Notes: a model not told the origin generated them from the letters alone. A stretch of DNA of 30,638 nt from an uncultured Deferribacteraceae bacterium (GCA_964368965.1 CAYJDR010000021.1:9094-39731), one strand, 5' to 3'. Counted from the first letter of the stretch, positions 6,286 through 15,966 are shown. A program made the numbers and translations.

Positions 6286-8742
6286 TTAATATTTCTCATA
6301 CGAAAATGTTTGTTTATAACATTTTACACGTGAAAAATCTTTATTCTCTAGGTCTTTCTTGTCTATCATGAAGTATAGAGCACCACCGTCACCCCATGCC
6401 ATTGCGCAACCTTCAAGTGATGGAACTTGCATAAGCAAGTACATATCTTCGCTTGTTTCCATATCATAGTCGATATAATCAGCATAGCCGAACATCTTGA
6501 AGCGTGGCTCAAAAGTTGAGATATCAATGTATGAATCAATTATGCTTTCATCGTCACCTAAGAAGCCGAATTTATTATCGTCCTCTTCGTAGTTTGGTAG
6601 GCTAACAGATGCATCAAGCCTGATAGCACATGGGAAGTATTCAATCGTATCTTCCATGTCATCGCTTGGCACTCTTACTAGTTTCGTAACATCTTCGTTA
6701 TAAATTACTTGGCTTTCGCCTGTTTCATCGTCGTAGAAGAAGCTTAGCATACCATTTTTCGGCAAGAAGCCTTTAACGTCATATTGTGCTGCTTCAGCAA
6801 GGTTGATTTGTGTGATAAAGTTCATGTAAACGTCGTCGCTTGCTTTTGGCCATTGCGCTTCGCTTGCTAGGTCAGGGCTACCACCTGCTTTTGATATAGC
6901 ACCAAGTGAGTCATCGCTCAACACTTCGTATGCTTCTGCATATATTTCTGAGCGTTGTAACGTTTTTAGCTGATCAGCGTATTTGCTAAGCCCACACTCA
7001 GGCAATATCAATTCATAATCTTCAGCTGTAACTTTAACACTACCGTCCCTCGCCTCAACATATACGCCTAAACGGTTGCTTGGTAGGTAAACCAGTGTAG
7101 CGCTATCAACTTCATCGTTGAATACGGCTTCGATAGTCATGCCATATAGTTTTTCTAAAACTTCGCTACCAACATCTAACCTTGTGATGTCATTAACACC
7201 GTATGCTGTTGGGCTACCTAAAACAAATACGCCTTTATCATCCATAGCAAGTTCAACAACGATAGATGTGTAAGGTTTACCACCAGTGTTCAATTCTTCT
7301 TCAAACATTGATGCTAAGTCTTCCAATTTTTCGCTATTGTCATCTAATGATAGGTCATAATATTCATCGAACTCTTTGATTTCATAAGTGATATCTTCCG
7401 CAGTAATTTCACTTGCGCCATCAGCTGGAGTGAACACAAACAAGAACGTATCCCATGCGCCAGCGATTGACGTTGTAATATCGCCTACTAAGTTTAGTTG
7501 GTCAATTAATTTATCTGCGTATTTATCATCAAGGTGTTGTACTGCAAAGTTGCCACCGTCTGATGTGTATAAATCTAGCGTGTAGCTTTCACCTTCGTCG
7601 ATAAGCCTGATAACACCCATATAGTGTTTGTGCTTAGTTTCGATACACTCCATTAAAGCTGTTGCAAGTATCGGTAAATTTTCAACCATATCTTTTTCGC
7701 CAGCTAGTTCATCGTTCGCTGGTGTAAATTCATCATCTTCTTCATCAGGTGATACGATATTATATACTTTGCTTTCTGCTTTATCTTTTTTATCATGTCC
7801 ACCACAACCACAGCCTTCGCCTTCATCGTGGTTATGTTCGCCACAACATTCGTGGTCGTCATCGTCGTGCCCATGTCCACCGCAACAGCCATCATGGCCG
7901 TGCTCATGCTCATCTTCATCAGCGTATAGTGGATAGAAAGTTGCACTATATCTACCATCGTAGAAACAAGTAACAGTGAACGCCTCTATATCGTGGCGCA
8001 TGTCAGATGCTGTTAGAAACTCTTCGATAGCTAGCGCTAAATCCATATTTTCTTCCATAGATTTATCAACAGTTTCTTCTGTGCCGTCTTTAGTAGTTGT
8101 GTACATTGTTGTGTTGCCAGTGAATAGGCCGTTTTCTACTTCAAACGTAACGTTGCGAACATTTTGCTCGCCTTTTAATATAACTGCTTTTGCGATATTT
8201 CTAAGTGATTCGAACATAGACTTATCTGACTTAGGGTTCTCGATAGTCACTTCTTTCGGTGCACGGTTAAACATGCGTGCTAAGTTTGCAAACTCACCGA
8301 ACACATGGTCTGGCTCGCCATTTGAAAGCCCAAGTATAGCGTATGATTCGACATCATCAGTTAAAACTGTGCCGTAAAATAGTGTTGGTTCTTCTTCAAG
8401 TTCAACCATTCCGCAAATTTCAAGTGCCAACATATCATCAGAGATGAAGTGGCGTGCTGCAAAGAACTCAACATCGCTACCCTCAGCACCTAAGAAGTCT
8501 TCAAGCAATAGCTCAAGCGTCTCGCCAACTGTGTCTTTAGCGTCGTTAAGTTTGCCGATACCAGCCATGAAATTAATACCTTCATCACTCCAAGAATGGA
8601 TAGACATGTTATTATATTTCGCTACGTCTTCAACGCCTGAGATAGCTACTTCAGGTTGTGCACCTTGTTCCGCTATTACATCGCCTGTTTCTTTAAATGC
8701 TTGTTTGATAGCATTAGTCCATGTGTTCATAAATTGCTCCAT
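6286..8742 (-). CDS. large acidic hypothetical cytosolic protein: N-terminal repeated modules, His/Cys/Asp-rich tract, C-terminal DUF1963 (YwqG-like) domain
   Basis: The 818-aa ORF has no signal peptide or transmembrane segment and is very rich in D/E. The C-terminal roughly 205 aa carry DUF1963 hallmarks: SKAGGSPDLASEAQWP…FITQINL…LPKNGMLSFFYD…LLMQV…AWGDGGALYFMIDKKDLENKDFSRVKCYKQ. Its start is 2 nt after the fabI stop. The alternative start M5 (8730) has a GGAG ribosome-binding site. Confidence 0.75.
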   Translation of the reverse strand: MEQFMNTWTNAIKQAFKETGDVIAEQGAQPEVAISGVEDVAKYNNMSIHSWSDEGINFMAGIGKLNDAKDTVGETLELLLEDFLGAEGSDVEFFAARHFISDDMLALEICGMVELEEEPTLFYGTVLTDDVESYAILGLSNGEPDHVFGEFANLARMFNRAPKEVTIENPKSDKSMFESLRNIAKAVILKGEQNVRNVTFEVENGLFTGNTTMYTTTKDGTEETVDKSMEENMDLALAIEEFLTASDMRHDIEAFTVTCFYDGRYSATFYPLYADEDEHEHGHDGCCGGHGHDDDDHECCGEHNHDEGEGCGCGGHDKKDKAESKVYNIVSPDEEDDEFTPANDELAGEKDMVENLPILATALMECIETKHKHYMGVIRLIDEGESYTLDLYTSDGGNFAVQHLDDKYADKLIDQLNLVGDITTSIAGAWDTFLFVFTPADGASEITAEDITYEIKEFDEYYDLSLDDNSEKLEDLASMFEEELNTGGKPYTSIVVELAMDDKGVFVLGSPTAYGVNDITRLDVGSEVLEKLYGMTIEAVFNDEVDSATLVYLPSNRLGVYVEARDGSVKVTAEDYELILPECGLSKYADQLKTLQRSEIYAEAYEVLSDDSLGAISKAGGSPDLASEAQWPKASDDVYMNFITQINLAEAAQYDVKGFLPKNGMLSFFYDDETGESQVIYNEDVTKLVRVPSDDMEDTIEYFPCAIRLDASVSLPNYEEDDNKFGFLGDDESIIDSYIDISTFEPRFKMFGYADYIDYDMETSEDMYLLMQVPSLEGCAMAWGDGGALYFMIDKKDLENKDFSRVKCYKQTFSYEKY

Positions 8743-8744
8743 TT

Positions 8745-9512
8745 TTATACAGATGTTGCGTGGTAACCACTGTCAACATAGATAACTTCTCCAGAAATAC
8801 TTCTTGATAACGAGCTAGCAAGGAATACCGCTAAGTCGCCACACTCTTCGATTTCAACAAGTCTACCAAGTGGTGCACGTTCTGAAAAAAGTGGTAACAA
8901 TTTTCTAAAACCTGCAACGCCAGCAGCAGACAATGTCTTGATAGGACCAGCAGAGATTGCATTAATCCTGTGCCCATTTTGCCCTAACTCAACTGATAAA
9001 TATCTAACTGATGCTTCAAGTGCAGCTTTTGCAACACCCATAACATTATAGTTAGGTACAACTTTTTCTGAGCCGTAATATGTTAGTGTGATAACAGATG
9101 ACTCTTCGTTGAATAAATGTTCAAACGCTTTAGTAACAGCAACTAACGTGTATGCGCTAATATCAAGTGCTGATTTAAAATCGTCTCTAGTTGTTTCAAT
9201 AAATCTATTGCTAAGTGCATCTTGCGAAGCGAAAGCAACAGCGTGAACAAGGATATCTAATTTGCCGTGTTCTGCTTCCCAATCTTTTGCTAATTGAGCT
9301 ATTTCTTCATCATTTGCTAAGTCGCAAACTTTACAAAATTTTGCACCAACTTCTTCTGCGATTGGAAAAACCATTTTCTCTAATCGTGGCATAGCGTAAG
9401 ACAAACCTACTTCTGCACCATGTGCTTTTAATTGCTTCGCAATACCGTAAGCAATACTTTTGTTATTAGCTACACCGAATATCAGTGCTTTTTTACCGTC
9501 AAGTAATCCCAT
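8745..9512 (-). CDS. fabI: enoyl-[acyl-carrier-protein] reductase (NADH) FabI
   Basis: The 255-aa ORF begins MGLLDGKKALIFGVANNKSIAYGIAKQL… and carries SDR-family Y…K catalytic residues, which is typical of FabI. Confidence 0.9.
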   Translation of the reverse strand: MGLLDGKKALIFGVANNKSIAYGIAKQLKAHGAEVGLSYAMPRLEKMVFPIAEEVGAKFCKVCDLANDEEIAQLAKDWEAEHGKLDILVHAVAFASQDALSNRFIETTRDDFKSALDISAYTLVAVTKAFEHLFNEESSVITLTYYGSEKVVPNYNVMGVAKAALEASVRYLSVELGQNGHRINAISAGPIKTLSAAGVAGFRKLLPLFSERAPLGRLVEIEECGDLAVFLASSLSRSISGEVIYVDSGYHATSV

Positions 9513-9527
9513 TCTCTAGCTCCTTAA

Positions 9528-10871
9528 TTATTTTATCATTCTTTTTACTAATGTTTCTATACTATCAATATTTACTAGCTTTAACACATCTGACTTTTCA
9601 TTTTTTGATGGCACGTAAAAAGTCTTTACACTAAATCTAGACGCTTCAATAGCCCTAGAAGTTACAGCTGGCACTGCACGAACTTCGCCAGTCAACCCTA
9701 TTTCACCAGCAAACGCAACGTTATAAGGCACAGCGATATCTTTCAATGATGATATCAACGCTGCGCAAACGGCTAAATCCGCCGCTGGTTCAAACACTTT
9801 CAACCCACCTGCTACATTTAAGTAAACATCGGCACCAGATAAGTTTAGCCCACCCTTTTTCTCGAGTATTGCAATAAGCATAGTTAATCGGTTATTGTCA
9901 AACCCTGTCGCGTTCCTCTTAGGAAACTGGAAAAAAGTTGGCGTAACTAATGCTTGTATCTCAACTAAAAACGGCCTTGCACCCTCAAGCACAGCTGTTA
10001 AAACTTTACCAGCCGCTTCAGGTGCATCGGTATCTATAAATGCTTTATTGCCTGCCTCAACAAGCCCTACTGACGACATTTCAAATATGCCAATTTCATC
10101 AGTTGAGCCAAAGCGGTTTTTTACTGAACGCAAAATGCGAACACCACGAGAATAATCACCCTCGAAGTATAAAACAGTATCAACTAAATGCTCTAACACT
10201 TTTGGGCCAGCAATATTGCCATCTTTTGTCACTTGCCCTACAATAAATATAGCAATTCCTTTGCTTTTTGCAAGCTCAACTAATCTATATGTAACGTGCC
10301 TAACTTGTGAAACTGTGCCGCTGCTAGCTTCTATCTCGTCGGATACGATAGTTTGTATCGAGTCGATTACAATGTATGCATATTCGCCGTTGCTAGATGC
10401 ATGTATAACATCATCTAGCGAAGTAGATGCAAGTAATGTCATGCCTTTTGTATCAAGCTTTAATCTATCTGCACGAAGCTTTATCTGCCCTGGAGATTCC
10501 TCGCCAGATACATATAAAACATGTTGCTCACGCTTAGTTAATATACCAGCAACCTGTAGCATAACAGTTGATTTACCAATGCCTGGCTCACCGCCAATAA
10601 GCACAACTGAACCTTTTACAATGCCACCACCAAGCACATTATCAAGCTCATTTATACCTGTTGAAAAGCGAGTTGTTTCAAGCCCTTCAACTTGTGATAA
10701 TTCCACTACTGATGTTGTAGGCGATACATTAAGCTTTGCCTTAGAGCTAGATTTTTGAACGAGTTGTTCTGTAAACGTGTTCCACTCATTGCAATCAGGG
10801 CATTTCCCTAACCATTTTGCAGAAACACTACCACAGTTGCTACACACGTAAGTTGTTTTAATCTTCGCCAT
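9528..10871 (-). CDS. radA: DNA repair protein RadA/Sms
   Basis: The ORF has an N-terminal zinc ribbon (CSNCGSVSAKWLGKCPDCNEWNT), a RecA-like Walker A (GGEPGIGKST), a KNRFG motif and a C-terminal Lon-like domain. Confidence 0.9.
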   Translation of the reverse strand: MAKIKTTYVCSNCGSVSAKWLGKCPDCNEWNTFTEQLVQKSSSKAKLNVSPTTSVVELSQVEGLETTRFSTGINELDNVLGGGIVKGSVVLIGGEPGIGKSTVMLQVAGILTKREQHVLYVSGEESPGQIKLRADRLKLDTKGMTLLASTSLDDVIHASSNGEYAYIVIDSIQTIVSDEIEASSGTVSQVRHVTYRLVELAKSKGIAIFIVGQVTKDGNIAGPKVLEHLVDTVLYFEGDYSRGVRILRSVKNRFGSTDEIGIFEMSSVGLVEAGNKAFIDTDAPEAAGKVLTAVLEGARPFLVEIQALVTPTFFQFPKRNATGFDNNRLTMLIAILEKKGGLNLSGADVYLNVAGGLKVFEPAADLAVCAALISSLKDIAVPYNVAFAGEIGLTGEVRAVPAVTSRAIEASRFSVKTFYVPSKNEKSDVLKLVNIDSIETLVKRMIK

Positions 10872-10875
10872 ATCT

Positions 10876-11916
10876 CTACTCTAAAAACGATTCAACAGTT
10901 TTTGCACTGCCGTCGTACGCTTTGTTTAAGTGCTCATAAGCCATAGCCGTTGCGACTCTGCCTCGAGGTGTCTTTTGTATATATCCTTTAAATATCAAGA
11001 ACGGTTCAATAACGTCCTCGATAGTGTCTTTCTCTTCACTTGTTGCGGCCGATAGAGTTTCAACACCTACTGGCCCGCCGTTGTATCTATCAATAATAAC
11101 GCTTAATAAGCGCCTATCACCATCATCAAGCCCAGCTTTGTCAATACCTAAACGCTCTAAGCCATAGTTTACGACATCTAGCGAAATGATGTTGTTGTTA
11201 TCAACTTGTGCAAAGTCACGCATACGGCGTAAAATACGGTGTGCGATACGCGGTGTACCACGGCTACAGCGTGCAAGCTCAAGCGCTGCCTCTTTCTCTA
11301 TGCGAGTTGTTAAAAGCGTTGCACCACGCATAATTATGCTTGCAAGCTCTTTATCTGTATAGAACTCTAAACGCTCTAAAAGTCCAAATCTGTCACGAAG
11401 TGGCGACGTTAAAAGCCCTGCCCTAGTTGTTGCACCAACCAATGTAAAGCGTGGCAAATCCATACGCATACTGCGTGCAACCGGCCCTTGCCCTATTATT
11501 AAATCAAGCTTGAAGTCCTCCATTGCTGGATATAAAATCTCCTCAACACTTGAGTGAAGCCTGTGAATTTCATCAATAAACAATACTTCGTTAGGTGATA
11601 AGTTTGTAAGCAATGCTGCTAAATCGCCAGATTTTTCGATAGTTGGTCCGCTTGTCGTCTTTATGCTGACGTTTAATTCATTAGCTATAATGTATGCAAG
11701 CGTAGTTTTACCCAAGCCAGGAGGCCCGTAAAACAAGCAATGGTCAAGACTTTCGCCACGTTCCTTTGCGGCTTTGATATATATTTTTAAGTTGCTGATG
11801 AGTTTTGCTTGCCCAGTGTATTCATCAAAAGTTGAGGGACGCAGTGCAGCATTGCCAAAATCATCTGATGTAACCTCAGCATGTATTATATCGTTATCAT
11901 CATCATTATCGAACAT
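10876..11916 (-). CDS. ruvB: Holliday junction branch-migration helicase RuvB
   Basis: The ORF has an AAA+ Walker A (GPPGLGKTT) and Walker B (LFIDEIHRL), plus a RuvB C-terminal winged-helix domain. A 4-nt gap separates it from radA. Confidence 0.92.
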   Translation of the reverse strand: MFDNDDDNDIIHAEVTSDDFGNAALRPSTFDEYTGQAKLISNLKIYIKAAKERGESLDHCLFYGPPGLGKTTLAYIIANELNVSIKTTSGPTIEKSGDLAALLTNLSPNEVLFIDEIHRLHSSVEEILYPAMEDFKLDLIIGQGPVARSMRMDLPRFTLVGATTRAGLLTSPLRDRFGLLERLEFYTDKELASIIMRGATLLTTRIEKEAALELARCSRGTPRIAHRILRRMRDFAQVDNNNIISLDVVNYGLERLGIDKAGLDDGDRRLLSVIIDRYNGGPVGVETLSAATSEEKDTIEDVIEPFLIFKGYIQKTPRGRVATAMAYEHLNKAYDGSAKTVESFLE

Positions 11917-11917
11917 C

Positions 11918-12496
11918 TTATTTTTTACCTGTTAGTTTTTGTAGGGCTTGTTTGATAGCGTCATCAAAACTTGCGTCGCTATCAACGCCATCAAGTGCTT
12001 TTCTGCAATCTTGCGGTTTGAAGCCTAAGTTTACTAATGCGCTGATTACGTCTTGCATTGAGTCGCCACTATCTGAAGAAACACCTAGTTGAACAGAATC
12101 AACTTTGTCTTTCAAATCAACAACGATACGTTCAGCAGTCTTCTTGCCAACACCAGGGATAGATGATAGTAACTCATAATCAGATGATGCGATAGCGTGT
12201 TTAAGCTCTTTCTGCCCAATGCCACCGAGTATCTTTATAGCTAATTTTGCACCGATACTGTTGACAGAGATTAAAAGTAGAAACATTTTCTTTTCATCGA
12301 GGGTGCTAAAGCCGTATAAACTGATATCGTCTTCACGAACAGCCATATGTGTAAAGATGCTATCTTCGCTACCTTCTGGCTTTGAGCTAGAGTATGTGCT
12401 AAGCGAGATATTCACGACATATGCAACACCAGCAACCTCTATAACGATATACGCTGGTTGTTTCTCAATTATTTTGCCTGTAAGCTTATATATCAA
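11918..12496 (-). CDS. ruvA: Holliday junction DNA helicase RuvA
   Basis: From the TTG at 12496 the protein begins (M)[25 protein letters not shown]…, which aligns with the canonical RuvA N-terminus (MIGRLRGIIIEK…). The HhH motifs ([21 protein letters not shown]) are present. The longest ORF (ATG 12541) would add a 15-aa extension that overlaps ruvC by 49 nt. Confidence 0.85.
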   Translation of the reverse strand: MIYKLTGKIIEKQPAYIVIEVAGVAYVVNISLSTYSSSKPEGSEDSIFTHMAVREDDISLYGFSTLDEKKMFLLLISVNSIGAKLAIKILGGIGQKELKHAIASSDYELLSSIPGVGKKTAERIVVDLKDKVDSVQLGVSSDSGDSMQDVISALVNLGFKPQDCRKALDGVDSDASFDDAIKQALQKLTGKK

Positions 12497-12981
12497 TACT
12501 TTATCCTCGTTGTTTCCGAATTTGCGACACATATCGCACATGCAAGCGCGTCTGTAACATCAAGTGGCACGCCACCTTTCACAATAATGTTTAAGTGTAG
12601 CTCCACAAGTTTTTTCACTTGCTCTTTTTCTGCCCTGCCATAGCCTGTAACGGCTTTCTTAATCTGCAACGCTGTAAACTCTCTCACAGGTACATCGTGC
12701 GCAATCAATGCCCCGATCAAGCTTCCACGAGCTTGCCCAAGCAACAACGCACTCTTTACGTTTACCGAGTGGAAAACGTCTTCAATGCCTGCAACATCTG
12801 GCTTAAACTGGATGATGACTTTTGCAAGCCCAGATATAAGGCTACCTATGCGAACAGGTAGCTCATCTTTTGGGTTGGATTTAAGCAGTGCGTGCCCAAG
12901 ATACTCTATCTTGTTGTTTTCAACACGCACAACGCCAACACCTGTTTTGTTTAAACCAGGGTCAATCCCTAAAACTATCAT
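12493..12981 (-). CDS. ruvC: crossover junction endodeoxyribonuclease RuvC
   Basis: The N-terminus MIVLGIDPGLNKTGVGVV… has the RuvC catalytic Asp motif. The stop is TGA at 12495..12493, which shows that TGA is a stop codon in this genome. Confidence 0.9.
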   Translation of the reverse strand: MIVLGIDPGLNKTGVGVVRVENNKIEYLGHALLKSNPKDELPVRIGSLISGLAKVIIQFKPDVAGIEDVFHSVNVKSALLLGQARGSLIGALIAHDVPVREFTALQIKKAVTGYGRAEKEQVKKLVELHLNIIVKGGVPLDVTDALACAICVANSETTRIKY

Positions 12982-13727
12982 TAATCTAATTCGTCAAAAA
13001 CAGAATCGTCCATTTTATAGTTGCCGAAAACTTCTTGAACGTCGTCAAGGTCTTCAAGTGCATCAACAATGTTGATAATCTTTTTAGCGCTCTCATTATC
13101 AACATCAACAGTCATGCGAGGTTTCATTGCCACTTCTGCATATGGTGTTTCAAACCCTTTAGCTGTGATAGCATCTTTAACAGCCATAAAGTCAGATGGC
13201 TCTGTAGTGATGATGTAAACATCGCCATCAGCAACAACATCTTCTGCACCAGCTTCAAGTGCGATATCCATGATTTCATCTTCAGAACATGCAGACGATG
13301 GAACTTCTATCAAGCCTTTGTTATCAAATTGCCATGATACTGCGCCAGCTTCTGCCATGCTTCCGCCACGCTTTGAAACTGCTGTACGAACATCTGTAAT
13401 AGTTCTGTTTCTGTTATCTGTAAGTGCTTTTATAAGTATGCCTACGCCACCTGGTGCGTATGCTTCGTACATGATCTCTTCAAATATATTGTCGTTGCCT
13501 TCGCCAGTACCTTTTTTGATAGCTCTATCAACGTTATCTTTAGGCATGTTTGCTGCCCTTGCTTTATCTAACGCCAAGCGAAGCCTTGAGTTACCAGATG
13601 GGTCACCGCCACCTAGCTTTGCAGCAACGATAATCTCACGTGCAACTTTTGTAAATACTTTCCCTCTTTTAGCATCTTGAGCGCCTTTTCTGTGTTTAAT
13701 ATTCGCCCATTTACTATGTCCAGCCAT
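12981..13727 (-). CDS. yebC: YebC/PmpR family DNA-binding transcriptional regulator
   Basis: The N-terminus MAGHSKWANIKHRKGAQDAKRGKVFTKVAREI is the canonical YebC signature. Its stop overlaps the ruvC start (TAATG). Confidence 0.9.
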   Translation of the reverse strand: MAGHSKWANIKHRKGAQDAKRGKVFTKVAREIIVAAKLGGGDPSGNSRLRLALDKARAANMPKDNVDRAIKKGTGEGNDNIFEEIMYEAYAPGGVGILIKALTDNRNRTITDVRTAVSKRGGSMAEAGAVSWQFDNKGLIEVPSSACSEDEIMDIALEAGAEDVVADGDVYIITTEPSDFMAVKDAITAKGFETPYAEVAMKPRMTVDVDNESAKKIINIVDALEDLDDVQEVFGNYKMDDSVFDELD

Positions 13728-13755
13728 AGATCCTCCAAATTAAAATACAATCTTG

Positions 13756-13786
13756 GTATATTGCACCATTTTTAATGATTTTTCAA
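13756..13786 (-). promoter_or_regulatory. candidate promoter for the yebC-ruvCAB-radA-fabI operon (TTGAAA-N17/18-TGcAATATA on the minus strand)
   Basis: A -35-like TTGAAA (complement of 13781..13786) and an extended -10-like element lie about 30 nt upstream of the GGAGGA ribosome-binding site. The -10 match is weak. Confidence 0.3.
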
Positions 13787-13813
13787 GTAGTAAACTTTAA
13801 AAATAGATACAAA

Positions 13814-15145
13814 TTAATTTTCGTTATTTTTCAATAAGATAGCGCTTTCTGTTAAAATTATCTTTGCGATATGTTGCTTAGAGCATTTGCCAGACTCAGC
13901 TTGAGAGCCATCTCTAAAATATAGTGTAACGTCGTTATCGTCTGAACTGAACCCTATATCAGTTCTTGATACATCGTTTGCAACAATGATATCAGCATTT
14001 TTTGCATCTAGCTTCTTTAGTGCGTTTAGTTCAACATCGTTAGTTTCTGCGGCAAAGCCTACAACGACTTGACCAGCACGTTTATTTTCGCCCACAGATT
14101 TTAAAATATCTTGCGTTTTCACAAGTGATAGCGTCATATCATCATCACTTTTCTTTATCTTAACATCGCTAACGTTCGCTGGCGTATAATCTGCAACGGC
14201 TGCCGACATAATTATAATATCATAGTTTTTTGCATGCTTAGTAACTGCATTAAACATCGACTCAGCAGTTTCAACCGATACAATATCAACATCTGGCGCA
14301 TTCACTTCTGTAACACCAGACACAAGCAACACATCAGCACCCATTTGCTTTGCTTGCTCAGCTATTGCGTAGCCCATTTTGCCACTAGATTTATTTGTGA
14401 TGTAGCGAACGGGGTCGATATACTCACGCGTTGCTCCAGCAGTAACAAGTATCTTAACGCCTGTTAAAATGCCTTTATCAGCATTATCTGCAAGTCCGTC
14501 AAGCACTTCTTCATCAGCTACGCTGCCGTCAAAATATTCCTCTATAGATAAGTTATTAAACTCCGACACCATATCGTTAGCATAATCTGCAACATCTTCG
14601 TTTGCGATAGGTACAGGTAATTTATTTTCAAGGTTAGATAAAAACTCAACAATCTCTTCAGGCTCAGCCATGCGCCCTTTGCCTGTAACACCACACGCAA
14701 GTTCGCCGTCAGCAGGCTCAACAATATATCTGCCCCATGATTTCAACTTCAATATGTTTGCCATAGTTGCAGGGTTTTCATACATGTTTGTATTCATCGC
14801 TGGTGCAATGATTATTGGGCAAGATACAGCAAGAAGCGTTGTAGAAACGATTTCATCAGCTATTCCACTTGCCATCTTAGCGATTATATTTGCTGTAGCT
14901 GGTGCGACTATGCAATAGTCTGCCCATGAGGCATAGTCGATATGACCGATAGCGCTAGGTGCGCTACCGTTTGTCATAACTTGGTTACTTGATAAAGCTT
15001 CTAAGGTGAGTGCACCTATAAATTTTTCTGCATCGCTAGTCATCATAACTTTGACTTCATGCCCATCTTTTACAAGTAGGCGCACTAGTGATGCTGATTT
15101 ATAGGCGGCTATCCCACCTGATATCCCTAATAAAATTTTGCTCAT
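13814..15145 (-). CDS. coaBC: bifunctional phosphopantothenoylcysteine decarboxylase / phosphopantothenate-cysteine ligase CoaBC
   Basis: The N-terminal flavoprotein domain (ILLGISGGIAAYKSASLVRLL) and the C-terminal CoaB domain (ITAGATREYIDPVRYITNKSSGKMG) are both present. At 443 aa it has an acidic linker of roughly 35 aa that E. coli Dfp lacks. Confidence 0.9.
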   Translation of the reverse strand: MSKILLGISGGIAAYKSASLVRLLVKDGHEVKVMMTSDAEKFIGALTLEALSSNQVMTNGSAPSAIGHIDYASWADYCIVAPATANIIAKMASGIADEIVSTTLLAVSCPIIIAPAMNTNMYENPATMANILKLKSWGRYIVEPADGELACGVTGKGRMAEPEEIVEFLSNLENKLPVPIANEDVADYANDMVSEFNNLSIEEYFDGSVADEEVLDGLADNADKGILTGVKILVTAGATREYIDPVRYITNKSSGKMGYAIAEQAKQMGADVLLVSGVTEVNAPDVDIVSVETAESMFNAVTKHAKNYDIIIMSAAVADYTPANVSDVKIKKSDDDMTLSLVKTQDILKSVGENKRAGQVVVGFAAETNDVELNALKKLDAKNADIIVANDVSRTDIGFSSDDNDVTLYFRDGSQAESGKCSKQHIAKIILTESAILLKNNEN

Positions 15146-15918
15146 TACTTTAAGTTCTTCGTTATCGTATTTATTAAATCAAGTGGCAGAGGAATAATCA
15201 TGCTTGAGTTTTGCTTAGATGAAACATCTGTAAGTGTTTGCAAGTATCTAAGTTGTAGCGTGATTGGGTTTTGTGCCATGATTTCAGAAGCTTCAGCAAG
15301 TTTAGTTGATGCTTCAAATTCACCTTCTGCATGGATGATTTTAGCGCGTCTTTCTCTTTCCGCTTCAGCTTGGCGACTCATTGCTTTTTGCATCTCTGCT
15401 GGTAAGTCGATGTGTTTTATCTCAACTGATGAAATCTTAACGCCCCAAGGATCTGTTTGTGTGTCAATAATCGTTTGCATTTCTTTATTGATTTTATCAC
15501 GGTTCGATAATAAGTCATCAAGTTCAAACTGGCCGATAACACTACGCAATGTAGTTTGCGAAATTTGGCTAGTTGCATAGTAAACATCTTCAACAGTTAA
15601 TATTGCTTTGTCAGGCGCAATAATTCTGAAATAAACAACAGCGTTAACCTTCACAGATACGTTATCACGAGTGATGATATCTTGCGGTGGTACATCCATA
15701 ACGATAGTACGCATGTTAACACGTGCCATTGTTTCGATAAATGGGATAAGGATAGTTAAACCAGGGCCTCTAACACCAACATAGCGACCTAGTCTGAATA
15801 CAACCGCCCTTTCAAACTCTTGCAACACTTTGACAGATGATGCAAGTATAACTAATGCGAATACAACTAATACGCCTAAAGCACCTATAGTTCCATAAGC
15901 TTCATACATGATATACAC
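15145..15918 (-). CDS. SPFH/band-7 (stomatin-like) membrane protein
   Basis: An N-terminal transmembrane helix is followed by an SPFH core ([32 protein letters not shown]…) and a coiled-coil tail. Its stop overlaps the coaBC start (TAATG). Confidence 0.8.
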   Translation of the reverse strand: MYIMYEAYGTIGALGVLVVFALVILASSVKVLQEFERAVVFRLGRYVGVRGPGLTILIPFIETMARVNMRTIVMDVPPQDIITRDNVSVKVNAVVYFRIIAPDKAILTVEDVYYATSQISQTTLRSVIGQFELDDLLSNRDKINKEMQTIIDTQTDPWGVKISSVEIKHIDLPAEMQKAMSRQAEAERERRAKIIHAEGEFEASTKLAEASEIMAQNPITLQLRYLQTLTDVSSKQNSSMIIPLPLDLINTITKNLK

Positions 15919-15937
15919 TCCAATAATTTAGTTTAGC

Positions 15938-15966
15938 TTGAAAAATCAAACCACTTCAACTATACT
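15938..15966 (+). promoter_or_regulatory. candidate sigma70 promoter for yicC (TTGAAA-N17-TATACT)
   Basis: The hexamers have the optimal 17-nt spacing and lie about 45 nt upstream of the ATG at 16011. Confidence 0.4.

Noticed and set aside
7749-7973. The His/Arg-rich plus-strand ORF MIRYYILCFLL…HRRAHVHRNSHHGRAHAHLH
   Set aside because: It is the mirror image of the His/Cys/Asp tract of the minus-strand 818-aa protein and lies entirely inside that gene.
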